Program-made: the position numbers and the translations under genes | Notes under the pieces: generated by a model | What the model saw: the letters and a program-made list of their open reading frames with translations, nothing else | What the model was told of the DNA's origin: nothing | Database searches by the model: none | From: an uncultured Prolixibacteraceae bacterium | GTDB lineage: Bacteria; Bacteroidota; Bacteroidia; Bacteroidales; FEN-979 | NCBI GenBank assembly: GCA_964449285.1 | Contig: CAYUZX010000012.1 | Span: forward strand, 150 to 64,149 | Length of the DNA stretch: 64,000 nucleotides | Direction: 5' to 3' | Shown here: piece after piece, positions 25,950 through 34,755 of the stretch | Position numbering within the stretch: the first letter of the stretch is position 1 | How the letters are laid out: every line of letters starts with the position of its first letter

Positions 25950-27534
25950 AAACCTCTGGGAGTTCAGGGAAGTCGCGCCGGTAAGATACCGCGATAAGTT
26001 CTTCCTGCTTGTGCTGGTGATTGCAGGTATTGCCAGTGTGTTCTATTTTGCAGACTGGTGGTTCCGCGAAAAGCACATCAGCACGCTGTGGTTCTTCATC
26101 CTGCTAAGCCTTTTTTTCTGGTATGGCATCTTCCGTCTCATCTTTATCTGGATCAACTACCTCCATATTAAAAGGCCAGAACCGATTAACCCGGAAGAGG
26201 GTTTGCGTGTGGCGATTTTCACCACCAGCTCACCTGGAGAACCCTTGGAGATGTTTGAAAAGACCCTTGCGGCCTGTCGTGATATCACCTATCCCCATAC
26301 CACCTATCTGCTTGACGATACTCAGGATCCAAGGTTCCGGGAAGTAGCTGAGCAATATGGTGCTGTGTGGCTTGAACTGGTCGGAATTCCGGGTGCTAAA
26401 GCAGGTAAGGTCAACAAAGCGCTACAGCTTATCGATGAGGAATTCATCCTGATCATGGACCCCGATCATATCCCGTTCCCCAACTTCCTCGATCATACCC
26501 TAGGGTTTTTCCGGGATGAGAAGGTGGGCTTTGTTCAGGTTTCACAGGCGTACTACAACCAGTACCGTTCGTTTACTGCAAAGGGAGCAGCGGAACAGAC
26601 CTATACCTTTTACGGGCCTACTCAGATGGGATTGCACGGACTGGGAGGTGCTGTTGCAATTGGGGCAAATTGTACTTTTCGAAGGAAGGCGCTCGAAAGC
26701 ATCGGCGGTCACGGCATCGGCCTGGCTGAAGACCTGATCACCTCCATCCGCATCCATGCCGCCGGTTGGAAATCGATATTCAATCCGGTGATCGTCAGCC
26801 GCGGTTTGGTACCCGAAGACTTCGGTTCCTTTTGCAAACAGCAGCTCAAATGGTCACGAGGGGTGTTCGAAGTGACCTTCGTGGAGGTCCCTAAGCTGTT
26901 TTGGAAACTGACCGGATGGCAACGACTATCCTACCTCATGATCGGCACTTACTACCTGGCAGGAGTGACCTCCCTCTTTTTCGTGCTGGTTCCTTTCCTC
27001 TTCTTCCTCACCGGGATATTACCGGCTAGTATGTCGTTTGTGGAGTTCCTGATCAATGGTTCGGTGGTGGCGATCTTTGCTATCCTGATCTATCTCTATG
27101 TCCAGCGGTGGCTGGTTCACCCGCAAACAGAACGGGGACTGCACTGGCGTGGGATGGTGCTGAAATTCGCCAGTTGGCCGGTCTTCTTCCTGGGCTTCCT
27201 GCTTGGAGTAGTGAATGCCGAGATCCCCTACATCCCGACAGCAAAAAAGGCGGTGACAGGTTATTTCACCCCATTCGCCCGTCCCCTCATTGCCCAGGTC
27301 TTCATATTTATCATTGCGGTGGTGGTGATTTTCATTCAACGAAGGTTTTACATCTCCGAAAGCGAACTGATCCTTTCGGCTGAAAAAACATGGGCGATGA
27401 TCGGATTTGCCTTCATCGCATTCCTGATGTCTCTGGGCGGTATTATCGCTGCATGGCTGGGGAAATATATCCACGTGGAAAGCCCATGGGATGGTGTGGA
27501 TTTAAAATCGATTAAAACGAAGAAAAATGGCTAA
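25930..27534 (+). CDS. membrane-embedded family-2 glycosyltransferase (processive synthase type, BcsA/PgaC/NodC-like)
   Basis: Two N-terminal TM segments precede a GT-A core (LLDDTQD, MDPDHIP, AEDL) and a Q(Q/R)xRW-like QQLKWSRG motif. Four to five C-terminal TM segments follow. The gene overlaps the upstream gene by 20 nt. Confidence 0.85.
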   Translation: MRKSGNKNLWEFREVAPVRYRDKFFLLVLVIAGIASVFYFADWWFREKHISTLWFFILLSLFFWYGIFRLIFIWINYLHIKRPEPINPEEGLRVAIFTTSSPGEPLEMFEKTLAACRDITYPHTTYLLDDTQDPRFREVAEQYGAVWLELVGIPGAKAGKVNKALQLIDEEFILIMDPDHIPFPNFLDHTLGFFRDEKVGFVQVSQAYYNQYRSFTAKGAAEQTYTFYGPTQMGLHGLGGAVAIGANCTFRRKALESIGGHGIGLAEDLITSIRIHAAGWKSIFNPVIVSRGLVPEDFGSFCKQQLKWSRGVFEVTFVEVPKLFWKLTGWQRLSYLMIGTYYLAGVTSLFFVLVPFLFFLTGILPASMSFVEFLINGSVVAIFAILIYLYVQRWLVHPQTERGLHWRGMVLKFASWPVFFLGFLLGVVNAEIPYIPTAKKAVTGYFTPFARPLIAQVFIFIIAVVVIFIQRRFYISESELILSAEKTWAMIGFAFIAFLMSLGGIIAAWLGKYIHVESPWDGVDLKSIKTKKNG

Positions 27535-28696
27535 GAAATCAGGCAGAATAGCTGCCACCATAGCGGCAGTTGTATTGGGTTTGTTGATTGTTATTGCAAT
27601 CGTATTTGCCGGCAATCAGACCCGCGGTCCGCTGGAGAACCTATTTACATCCATGGGAACCATGGTTAAAGATGTGGAACACTATTTTATTCTTCAAAAG
27701 CGGGAGAGCAAACGGGCAGATAAACTTACCTGGTTTGATGTATATAAGGATAATCTCGATTCCCTAAAGAACCCTTCGGTCATCCTGCTGGGTACCTACG
27801 ATAATGAAACCACCGAGTCGTTTGAATCCATCATTAACCTGGAAGATTCACTGCACACCACATTGCCTCTTATCCACCTCTTCACTGCCTGGGGGAGCAA
27901 GGCAGGGGAGCAGTTCCCAAAGTTACAGGTGGAGGCCATCCTGGCGCTCGGGTCTCTCCCCATCATCACCTGGGAACCGTGGTTGGTTGACTTTGATGAT
28001 GAAGCGTACCCCAATCTCCGGCCGGTGAAGGAACGTGATAAGGGAGGATTGGCTGATATTGCCCTTGGAGAGTATGACCCCTATATCGTAACGTGGGCAG
28101 GAGAAGTGGCAAAGATCAAGGAGCCTTTGTTCCTTCGTATCGGCCACGAGATGAACGACCCCTACCGCTACCCTTGGGGTCCGCAAAACAATGCTCCCCA
28201 GGATTTCATCGACGCCTGGAAACACATTCGTGTAATCTTTGACTCGGTTGGGGCTACTAATGTGATCTGGGTATGGTCTCCTCATCCTGCATACGGGTAT
28301 TATGATGCATTCTATCCGGGGGATGAATTTGTAGATTGGGTGGGTGTCACAGCCCTGAATTACGGTGCTGTTGCCAACTGGTCACAGTGGTGGACCTTTC
28401 ATGAGATCGCTGGAACCTATTATGATCTGCTGGCAGCCTTCGACAAGCCTATTATGATAAGCGAGTTTGGCTCCCTGGCTGTGGGAGGTGACCGGCGTAC
28501 ATGGTATGTTGATGCGTTGAGAGATATGCCAGAGAAGTACCCATTTGTCAAATCAGTGATATTTTTTCACTTCTCATCGGATAATACCACGACCGAACAA
28601 ACGCTCAACTGGTATTTTATTGATGATACCACGATAACCCGATCGATTACCAACCAACTCGCCCTCTGGCCCGAATCCCTGAAGCCTGGAAATTGA
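27527..28696 (+). CDS. membrane-anchored GH26-like (clan GH-A) glycoside hydrolase
   Basis: It has an N-terminal TM anchor. The motifs LRIGHEMNDPYRYPWG, FYPGDEFVDWVGVTALNYG and MISEFGS resemble the GH26 acid/base and nucleophile contexts. The ATG overlaps the GT2 stop. Confidence 0.6.
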   Translation: MAKKSGRIAATIAAVVLGLLIVIAIVFAGNQTRGPLENLFTSMGTMVKDVEHYFILQKRESKRADKLTWFDVYKDNLDSLKNPSVILLGTYDNETTESFESIINLEDSLHTTLPLIHLFTAWGSKAGEQFPKLQVEAILALGSLPIITWEPWLVDFDDEAYPNLRPVKERDKGGLADIALGEYDPYIVTWAGEVAKIKEPLFLRIGHEMNDPYRYPWGPQNNAPQDFIDAWKHIRVIFDSVGATNVIWVWSPHPAYGYYDAFYPGDEFVDWVGVTALNYGAVANWSQWWTFHEIAGTYYDLLAAFDKPIMISEFGSLAVGGDRRTWYVDALRDMPEKYPFVKSVIFFHFSSDNTTTEQTLNWYFIDDTTITRSITNQLALWPESLKPGN

Positions 28697-28731
28697 TCTC
28701 ATTTCAGATTGACATCAGTTACATATTTTTG

Positions 28732-28739
28732 TATCTTTG
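28732..28739 (+). promoter_or_regulatory. -7 box TATCTTTG
   Basis: It lies 14 nt upstream of the ATG at 28753. Confidence 0.4.
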
Positions 28740-28752
28740 GTGTGAACCAAAA

Positions 28753-29841
28753 ATGAATGCCATGAAAAAGATAGCGATCAGCTTTTACCTGGTGATAGCA
28801 ATTCTCATAGTCATCACCGGTTGCAGTAAAAAAGAGGACAACAACAATCCTCCTGTTGAAAAGAAAAAGTATGCCTGGGTAACAGGAACCCAGGACAGTA
28901 CAGGCTATGGCCTGATCCTCTTCTCGCCGGATGCCGGAGAGACATGGGAGAGACAGGGTCAGGGACAGTCGGCGTTGCAAGGCATTGATGTACAGGACAT
29001 TTGGGCAGTTGATGAAGATATTGTCTGGGCTGTCGGATCTAAAAACACGATCCTCCGTTCACAAAACGGAGGGGTGGGATGGGAGAAGATCCAGGGACCC
29101 TCACATCCGGCAGCTCCGAACCTGATGTCCATCTGTATCCCGGATCAGAATAACATCTGGATAAGTGGAAGTAATGGTGCGGTGTATAACTCCACCGACG
29201 GAGGGAACAACTGGACAATGTTCGATACCAATTTCTTTCAGAGCGGAGGGATCCAGGGGATCTGGGCGATGAACTCCCAGCGGATTTTTGCGGTTGGCGG
29301 GGTTCCCCCGACAGCCGACAATGAAAGAGGAATTATTGTCTGTACGATCGATGGTGGCGCTACATGGAATACCTATGTTCCCAGCAACGATTACAACCGG
29401 AACGAATGGATAGGGGTGGTGTCCAATGGTGCTACCGTGGTGATCTACGGGGGGAAATCCCATTATATGGTAAGTATGGATGAAGGGGAAACCTGGAGGA
29501 ATGATTCGGTTCCCGGTACCGGCGGTGGCGGTGGAGAAGCTGATCTCAACCACCTGATCATGCTCGGCCCTGAAATCTGGTGGGGAGCTTATGATATGGG
29601 GCAGGTCGGCCTGACCGAAAATTGGGGATCCACCTGGACCATACAGAGTACCGGCCATGGCGGGGATTACCTGGTTGGCATTGATGCCTGGGACAGCCAG
29701 CTCGCCCTGGTTGTGGGAACCTCGGTATCGGTACCGAGAGATGTGCCCATCCTGAAAACTTCCGACGGCGGAACCTCCTGGGAAGTAAAAAAGACCGTCA
29801 ATACCAACCTGAACAAGGTCTCTTTCATCCGGAACCAGTAA
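28753..29841 (+). CDS. BNR/Asp-box beta-propeller lipoprotein (Ycf48-like)
   Basis: The lipobox is ITGC. Seven S/T-x-D-x-G-x-(T/S)-W-type boxes are present: SPDAGETW, SQNGGVGW, STDGGNNW, TIDGGATW, SMDEGETW, TENWGSTW and TSDGGTSW. Confidence 0.75.
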   Translation: MNAMKKIAISFYLVIAILIVITGCSKKEDNNNPPVEKKKYAWVTGTQDSTGYGLILFSPDAGETWERQGQGQSALQGIDVQDIWAVDEDIVWAVGSKNTILRSQNGGVGWEKIQGPSHPAAPNLMSICIPDQNNIWISGSNGAVYNSTDGGNNWTMFDTNFFQSGGIQGIWAMNSQRIFAVGGVPPTADNERGIIVCTIDGGATWNTYVPSNDYNRNEWIGVVSNGATVVIYGGKSHYMVSMDEGETWRNDSVPGTGGGGGEADLNHLIMLGPEIWWGAYDMGQVGLTENWGSTWTIQSTGHGGDYLVGIDAWDSQLALVVGTSVSVPRDVPILKTSDGGTSWEVKKTVNTNLNKVSFIRNQ

Positions 29842-29881
29842 AATAATTCGCAGACGGCTATAAACTGACTTGATTTTCATT

Positions 29882-29889
29882 TACTTTTG
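29882..29889 (+). promoter_or_regulatory. -7 box TACTTTTG
   Basis: It lies 30 nt upstream of the GTG start at 29919. Confidence 0.4.
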
Positions 29890-29918
29890 TTATACATTTA
29901 AAGTATAATTTCTGCTCC

Positions 29919-30980
29919 GTGAAACCGTCAACCTACCTCCTTCTGTCCATTGCCCTTGTATGTTGCATGGTCACCTCCTGCAAAAAGACAACCACCCCCG
30001 ATACACCCGAAAACACCAAAGTAGTTGCCTGGGCCGTTGGTGCCATGGATACCAACAATATTGGGGTGATCCTCTATACCGATGATGCCGGTGAGACATG
30101 GAAACGACAGAGTGACGCCACGATGTTTCAGGGAGTTGACATCAACAACGTATGGGCCATCGACCAGCAGAACGCCTGGATCGTCTGTTCTGGGAACCGG
30201 ATCTACCGCACCATTAATGGAGGCGAAAGCTGGATTCTGGTGCTTACTCCCCCTCTGCCCGGAGATCCGGACCTTTTCGGAATCTCGATCCTGAACAATA
30301 CCAATATCTGGGTGAGCGGAGATAAGGGGACTGTCTACAACTCAAACGATGCCGGGAACAACTGGACGGTTTATGATACCAATTCATTTCGCAGATCAAT
30401 CCTTCAGGGAATTCATGTAATCACACAAAATGTCGTTTACGTGGTGGGTGAATTTGCAACCGGACAAGGGAGTTGGGGGTTCATTGCCAGGACCCTGAAT
30501 GCTGGAATTACCTGGGACTCGATTTCACTACCAAACAGCTTCAATCAGCATGCATGGATTGGCGTTGCTGCCACTGATTCCAATAATGTGATTGTATACG
30601 GCCAAACCGGGCACTATGCTGTGACAAAAAATGGTGGAAATTTCTGGTATACACCCGATGCTATAGATCCGGGGGATATAAACTGCATGGTGATGCTAAG
30701 TCCCGAGTCGATCTGGGGAGCATTTGATTACGATCTGATCTTCAAAACATTTGATGGAGGAGAAACCTGGCTTGACCAGACAAGTAAAGGACCTTCGAAT
30801 CAGTTCCTGGTAGGGATCGATACTTATTACTCTCAAACTGCTCTGATTGTTGGCGAGTCGGCTGATACCATCCGTTCAGGCAAGATTATCAGCACAAGGG
30901 ATGGAGGCAACAACTGGTCGCTTAGGCATGTAAGCCCTGCGAAGTTGCAGAAGGTCTCCTTTGCAAAGGTCCAGCAGTAA
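29919..30980 (+). CDS. BNR/Asp-box beta-propeller lipoprotein, paralog of the upstream gene
   Basis: The lipobox is VTSC. Seven boxes are present: TDDAGETW, TINGGESW, SNDAGNNW, TLNAGITW, TKNGGNFW, TFDGGETW and TRDGGNNW. The protein is collinear with 28753-29841. Confidence 0.75.
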   Translation: MKPSTYLLLSIALVCCMVTSCKKTTTPDTPENTKVVAWAVGAMDTNNIGVILYTDDAGETWKRQSDATMFQGVDINNVWAIDQQNAWIVCSGNRIYRTINGGESWILVLTPPLPGDPDLFGISILNNTNIWVSGDKGTVYNSNDAGNNWTVYDTNSFRRSILQGIHVITQNVVYVVGEFATGQGSWGFIARTLNAGITWDSISLPNSFNQHAWIGVAATDSNNVIVYGQTGHYAVTKNGGNFWYTPDAIDPGDINCMVMLSPESIWGAFDYDLIFKTFDGGETWLDQTSKGPSNQFLVGIDTYYSQTALIVGESADTIRSGKIISTRDGGNNWSLRHVSPAKLQKVSFAKVQQ

Positions 30981-31035
30981 TCAGTAAGCAGTTGGCAGTA
31001 GCCAGTTTGCAGTTTATTGTTAGCAATTTGTTGAT
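30973..31035 (+). repeat. period-7 imperfect tandem repeat spanning the stop codon
   Basis: The units are AGCAGTA ATCAGTA AGCAGTT GGCAGTA GCCAGTT TGCAGTT TATTGTT AGCAATT TGTTGAT. It contains GCAGTTGGCAG, the reverse complement of the CTGCCAACTGC unit at 35245-35275. Confidence 0.7.
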
Positions 31036-31057
31036 AGTTTTGCTAATCCCTAATCGC

Positions 31058-31088
31058 TTCACATCCCACGTCCCACGTCCTTCGTCTT
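31058..31088 (-). repeat. period-7 GACGNRG tandem repeat directly after the rodA stop (minus strand)
   Basis: The minus strand reads TGA-AA GACGAAG GACGTGG GACGTGG GATGTGA. This is the same family as 43031-43086. Confidence 0.75.
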
Positions 31089-32348
31089 TCAGACGAGATC
31101 GTGCCTGTAAGAGTCCTGCCGGATAAAGACGAACAGGAGGATGGTGAATGCCCAGAGGGAAGATCCTCCATAACTAAGGAATGGCAAAGGAATGCCTATC
31201 ACAGGCATCAGCCCCAGAGTCATTCCGATGTTGATGGCAAAATGGGTAAATAAGACTGCCGCCACTGAATAGCCGTATATCCGGCTGAATTTGGAGCGTT
31301 GTCGCTCCGCTATGATGATGATCCGGGTGAAAAGCGAGATATACAGTACGATCAGTACGAAGCTGCCCAGGAATCCCCACTCTTCGCCAACCGTGCAGAA
31401 GATAAAATCGGTGCTTTGTTCAGGCACGAAGTTGTACTTGGTTTGGGTGCCATTCAGATAACCCTTGCCCAGGATCTGGCCTGATCCGATAGCAATCAGC
31501 GACTGATTCACATTGTATCCTGCGCCTTTCAAATCGCTGGTCTTCCCAATCAGAACGTTAATCCGTTGCTGCTGGTGGGGTTGAAGGATGTGGTTTACAG
31601 CATAGTCGATCGAAAATACATACCCTGCTGAACCAATCAAGATGGCTAATACGATCATCAGGTGACGAAATTTTCGCAGGGTCATGAAGTAAAAAATGAC
31701 TGCGCCGGCAAAGAGAATCCCGACCACGATAAATTTATTTATCAGCAGGGCCAGGATGCCGAATACAGGAAGTGCTACCAGGGCTAGCGTCACATACCCA
31801 CTCATGCCAAAACGGTAGAATACGAGGAGAAATGCCAGAAACACTAAGGCCGAGCCTGTATCCCGCTGAAGGAGTATCAGGAGTGCGGGCAAGAAGATCA
31901 GCAGGAACGCTTTCATCCAGGTCTGAATCTTTTTCAGGTTGAGGTCTATTTTACTGAGGTATTTCGCAACCACCAATGCAGTAGCCATCTTGGCAAATTC
32001 GGCTGGCTGGATGGCTATGCTGCCCATGTGCAGCCACGACCGTGCACCGGAGATGTCCCGGCCGATAAAGATGACCAGGATAAGCACCCCTATCAACCCG
32101 AAATAGATCAGCCAGGCAAACTGGGAAAAGAACTTGGGATCGATAGCCAATGTGATGATGGCAAGGATGAGGGCAGCGGCAATCCAGATCATCTGTTTTC
32201 CGTATCGCTGACTTATATCGAAAATGCTAGGCTGTGTTTCGTCATATACTGCAGCGTAGATGTTGAGCCAGCCGAACAGTACCAGTGCTAGGTATAGGAA
32301 TACCATCACCCAGTCGATCCGGTGAAATATGCCATACTCCCGTCTCAT
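31089..32348 (-). CDS. rodA: peptidoglycan glycosyltransferase RodA (SEDS family)
   Basis: A 419-aa protein with 10 TM segments and the FtsW/RodA/SpoVE pattern. It lies immediately downstream of PBP2, with an ATGA overlap. Confidence 0.9.
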   Translation of the reverse strand: MRREYGIFHRIDWVMVFLYLALVLFGWLNIYAAVYDETQPSIFDISQRYGKQMIWIAAALILAIITLAIDPKFFSQFAWLIYFGLIGVLILVIFIGRDISGARSWLHMGSIAIQPAEFAKMATALVVAKYLSKIDLNLKKIQTWMKAFLLIFLPALLILLQRDTGSALVFLAFLLVFYRFGMSGYVTLALVALPVFGILALLINKFIVVGILFAGAVIFYFMTLRKFRHLMIVLAILIGSAGYVFSIDYAVNHILQPHQQQRINVLIGKTSDLKGAGYNVNQSLIAIGSGQILGKGYLNGTQTKYNFVPEQSTDFIFCTVGEEWGFLGSFVLIVLYISLFTRIIIIAERQRSKFSRIYGYSVAAVLFTHFAINIGMTLGLMPVIGIPLPFLSYGGSSLWAFTILLFVFIRQDSYRHDLV

Positions 32349-34168
32349 TGTTTAATCAGGTTACCATTCATCATCCGTTCTTGTAAATCCTGTCGCTTCA
32401 CCTCTCCCTTCAAATACTTCTCAATCATCAGGCTGGCAATAGGTGCAGCCCAGGAGGCGCCCCATCCTGCATTCTCCACAATAACTGAGATCGCAATCCT
32501 GGGGTTTTCTTTTGGGGCAAATGCAATGAAGATGGAGTGGTTGTCACCATGCGGGTTCTGAGCTGTACCCGTTTTGGCACAGATAGCAACACTATCCAGC
32601 CTCGCACTGGTTGCTGTCCCGGCCAGAACGACCTTCTCCATCCCATCAACCACCACATCGAAATAGTTGGGATCCACGGTACTGTAATGCTTTTCCATAA
32701 AGGTTCTGTTCACGCTGTTGGGTTTACCCACTCCCTTGATTACATGCGGGGTAATGTAATACCCCCGGTTGGCGATTACAGCAGTCATGTTAGCCAGCTG
32801 GACCGGCGTTATCAGGATCTCTCCCTGACCGATGGCCAACGAGATGACCGTCAGGGATCTCCATCTGTTTTTGCCATAGTACTTATCATAATAGGCGCTG
32901 GAGGGAATATTGCCTGAAAGTTCACTGGGGAGATCCAGGCCAAGCCGTTTTCCCAGACCGAATGAGAGAATGTGGTTGCGCCATATGTTAAAGTCTTTAT
33001 CGGTTGCGTAGAATCCGTCTTTTTCGAGGATCGATTTGAACACCTTACAGTAGTATGTGTTGCAGGAGTATTGAATCGATTCTTCCAGGTCGAGCGGACC
33101 GGTATGGTTGTGGCATCCCACCACATGACCGTTCCCCAGATCAAAACCACCTGGACAACTATATCGGGTACTGGCAGTCAATACGCCTTCTTGTAATCCC
33201 ACAAGGGCATTGGCTGTTTTGAAGGTAGATCCGGGGGGATATGTTGCCATCAGGGCACGGTTGAAGAGAGGAATGTTGATGCTGTCAACAGAAAGGAGGG
33301 CAAAGTTGTGGTTGCGTATCCGGCCAACCAGGAGGTTTGGATCATATGTGGGACTGGATACCAGGCATAGAATCTCTCCGCTGGAGGGTTCAATGGCGAC
33401 AATACTTCCCTTTTTATTCAGCATCAGCAACTCACCAAGAAGCTGGAGATTAACATCAATGGAAGACCAGAGATCTGTCCCCGGAGCAGAGACGGTATCA
33501 TAATGCCCCTCCTGAAAGCTGCCCATATCGCGGTTGTGAACGTCAACTATACGTATCTTCATCCCTTTCCGGCCGCGTAACGCCTCCTCATAGGATTTCT
33601 CTATTCCGCTGATACCGATATAGTCGCTTGGTTTGTAATAAGGATTCTTGGCAATGATTGCAGGGCTGGCTTCTCCGATATACCCTAGCATATGGGCAGC
33701 GGTGGGGTAGGGATAGCTCCGCAAGGTTCGGGGTTGAACGAAAAATCCGTGAAACATGAACATCTTCTCCTGAAGGGCCCCAAAATTCGCCCGGTTGATC
33801 TGGGATTCAAATACGGATGGTTTATAGGAGGAGTAGTGCCGGGCCTTTTTCAGCCGTTCCCTGAAATCCACGATGCTGATATCCAGTAACCGGCAGAACT
33901 CGGCTGTGTCGATCGTCTTCACCTCCCTGGGAATCACCATCATGTCGTAAGCGGCTTCGTTGTAAACCAGCAATTTCCCATTCCGGTCGTAGATCAAACC
34001 CCGGGCCGGGTATTGCGTGATATATCGAAGTACGTTGTTGTTGGCCGACAGGATATACTTCTCGGCCATTACCTGAATATAAAAGAGCCGGATGGTGAAG
34101 ATAAGTCCGGTTATGAGAAAAAGTCCGAGAATGATAAGTCTCCGGTTCAGGTAGAGTTTTTCCATCAC
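32345..34168 (-). CDS. mrdA: penicillin-binding protein 2 (elongasome transpeptidase)
   Basis: It has an N-terminal anchor, a PBP dimerisation domain and a transpeptidase domain with the STFK (PGSTFKT), SCN and KTG(T) motifs. Confidence 0.9.
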   Translation of the reverse strand: MMEKLYLNRRLIILGLFLITGLIFTIRLFYIQVMAEKYILSANNNVLRYITQYPARGLIYDRNGKLLVYNEAAYDMMVIPREVKTIDTAEFCRLLDISIVDFRERLKKARHYSSYKPSVFESQINRANFGALQEKMFMFHGFFVQPRTLRSYPYPTAAHMLGYIGEASPAIIAKNPYYKPSDYIGISGIEKSYEEALRGRKGMKIRIVDVHNRDMGSFQEGHYDTVSAPGTDLWSSIDVNLQLLGELLMLNKKGSIVAIEPSSGEILCLVSSPTYDPNLLVGRIRNHNFALLSVDSINIPLFNRALMATYPPGSTFKTANALVGLQEGVLTASTRYSCPGGFDLGNGHVVGCHNHTGPLDLEESIQYSCNTYYCKVFKSILEKDGFYATDKDFNIWRNHILSFGLGKRLGLDLPSELSGNIPSSAYYDKYYGKNRWRSLTVISLAIGQGEILITPVQLANMTAVIANRGYYITPHVIKGVGKPNSVNRTFMEKHYSTVDPNYFDVVVDGMEKVVLAGTATSARLDSVAICAKTGTAQNPHGDNHSIFIAFAPKENPRIAISVIVENAGWGASWAAPIASLMIEKYLKGEVKRQDLQERMMNGNLIKQ

Positions 34169-34173
34169 TACCG

Positions 34174-34692
34174 TTACTTCCTGAGAACTATGTCGGGCGT
34201 AATAAGCACATTACTCATGTTCAGCGCCCTGTCGATGATAAAAAATTCGAACCTTACCGTGTCGAAATCAGGGGCTGGGTCCATTGCAAGTGTATCGGAC
34301 ATGAAGCCTTTGATCGCTTTGCCGGGGTAGTCGGGATTCAGGACAGGAATGCGGGCACTGAACGGAGGATCGAGGACCACTTCTACATAAACAGAGTCGC
34401 GCTTTTCGAAATAACGGATCACCAGGTTATAGTAGTAGTTGCCACTCCGGTTATAGGGAGCAAAGGTATCTCCCGGATTCAGTCCGATGTCACCGTCGCC
34501 GTCCTGAAAATCGAAGGAGAGGATCCCTTTGACTGCAAGCTGACCGGTATCAAAAACCGTTATGAACGTACGGGGTGAAATCTCCGGGATGTCGGAAAAC
34601 TCTTCCTGTTTGACACAGGAGGAGATGAGGAACATTCCGACCAGGGTTGCAACCAATACCTTGATCTGGGTTTTGGGAATATACCGATTCAT
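34174..34692 (-). CDS. hypothetical lipoprotein co-oriented with mrdA-rodA
   Basis: It begins MNRYIPKTQIKVLVATLVGMFLISSC (lipobox). It is 172 aa from the internal ATG, and its stop lies 5 nt before the mrdA start. Confidence 0.6.
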   Translation of the reverse strand: MNRYIPKTQIKVLVATLVGMFLISSCVKQEEFSDIPEISPRTFITVFDTGQLAVKGILSFDFQDGDGDIGLNPGDTFAPYNRSGNYYYNLVIRYFEKRDSVYVEVVLDPPFSARIPVLNPDYPGKAIKGFMSDTLAMDPAPDFDTVRFEFFIIDRALNMSNVLITPDIVLRK

Positions 34693-34696
34693 TTCG

Positions 34697-34704
34697 TATC
34701 TTTG
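34697..34704 (+). promoter_or_regulatory. -7 box TATCTTTG
   Basis: It lies upstream of the ATG at 34756. Confidence 0.45.
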
Positions 34705-34755
34705 ATGAAATGCTAAATTACACAATTTTCCGATAGACAGGGACGCCCAGAAGCG

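Noticed and set aside
29101-29880. A 259-aa minus-strand ORF lies opposite the first BNR lipoprotein gene.
   Set aside because: It is antisense to an ORF with seven regularly spaced Asp-boxes, so it is a shadow frame.
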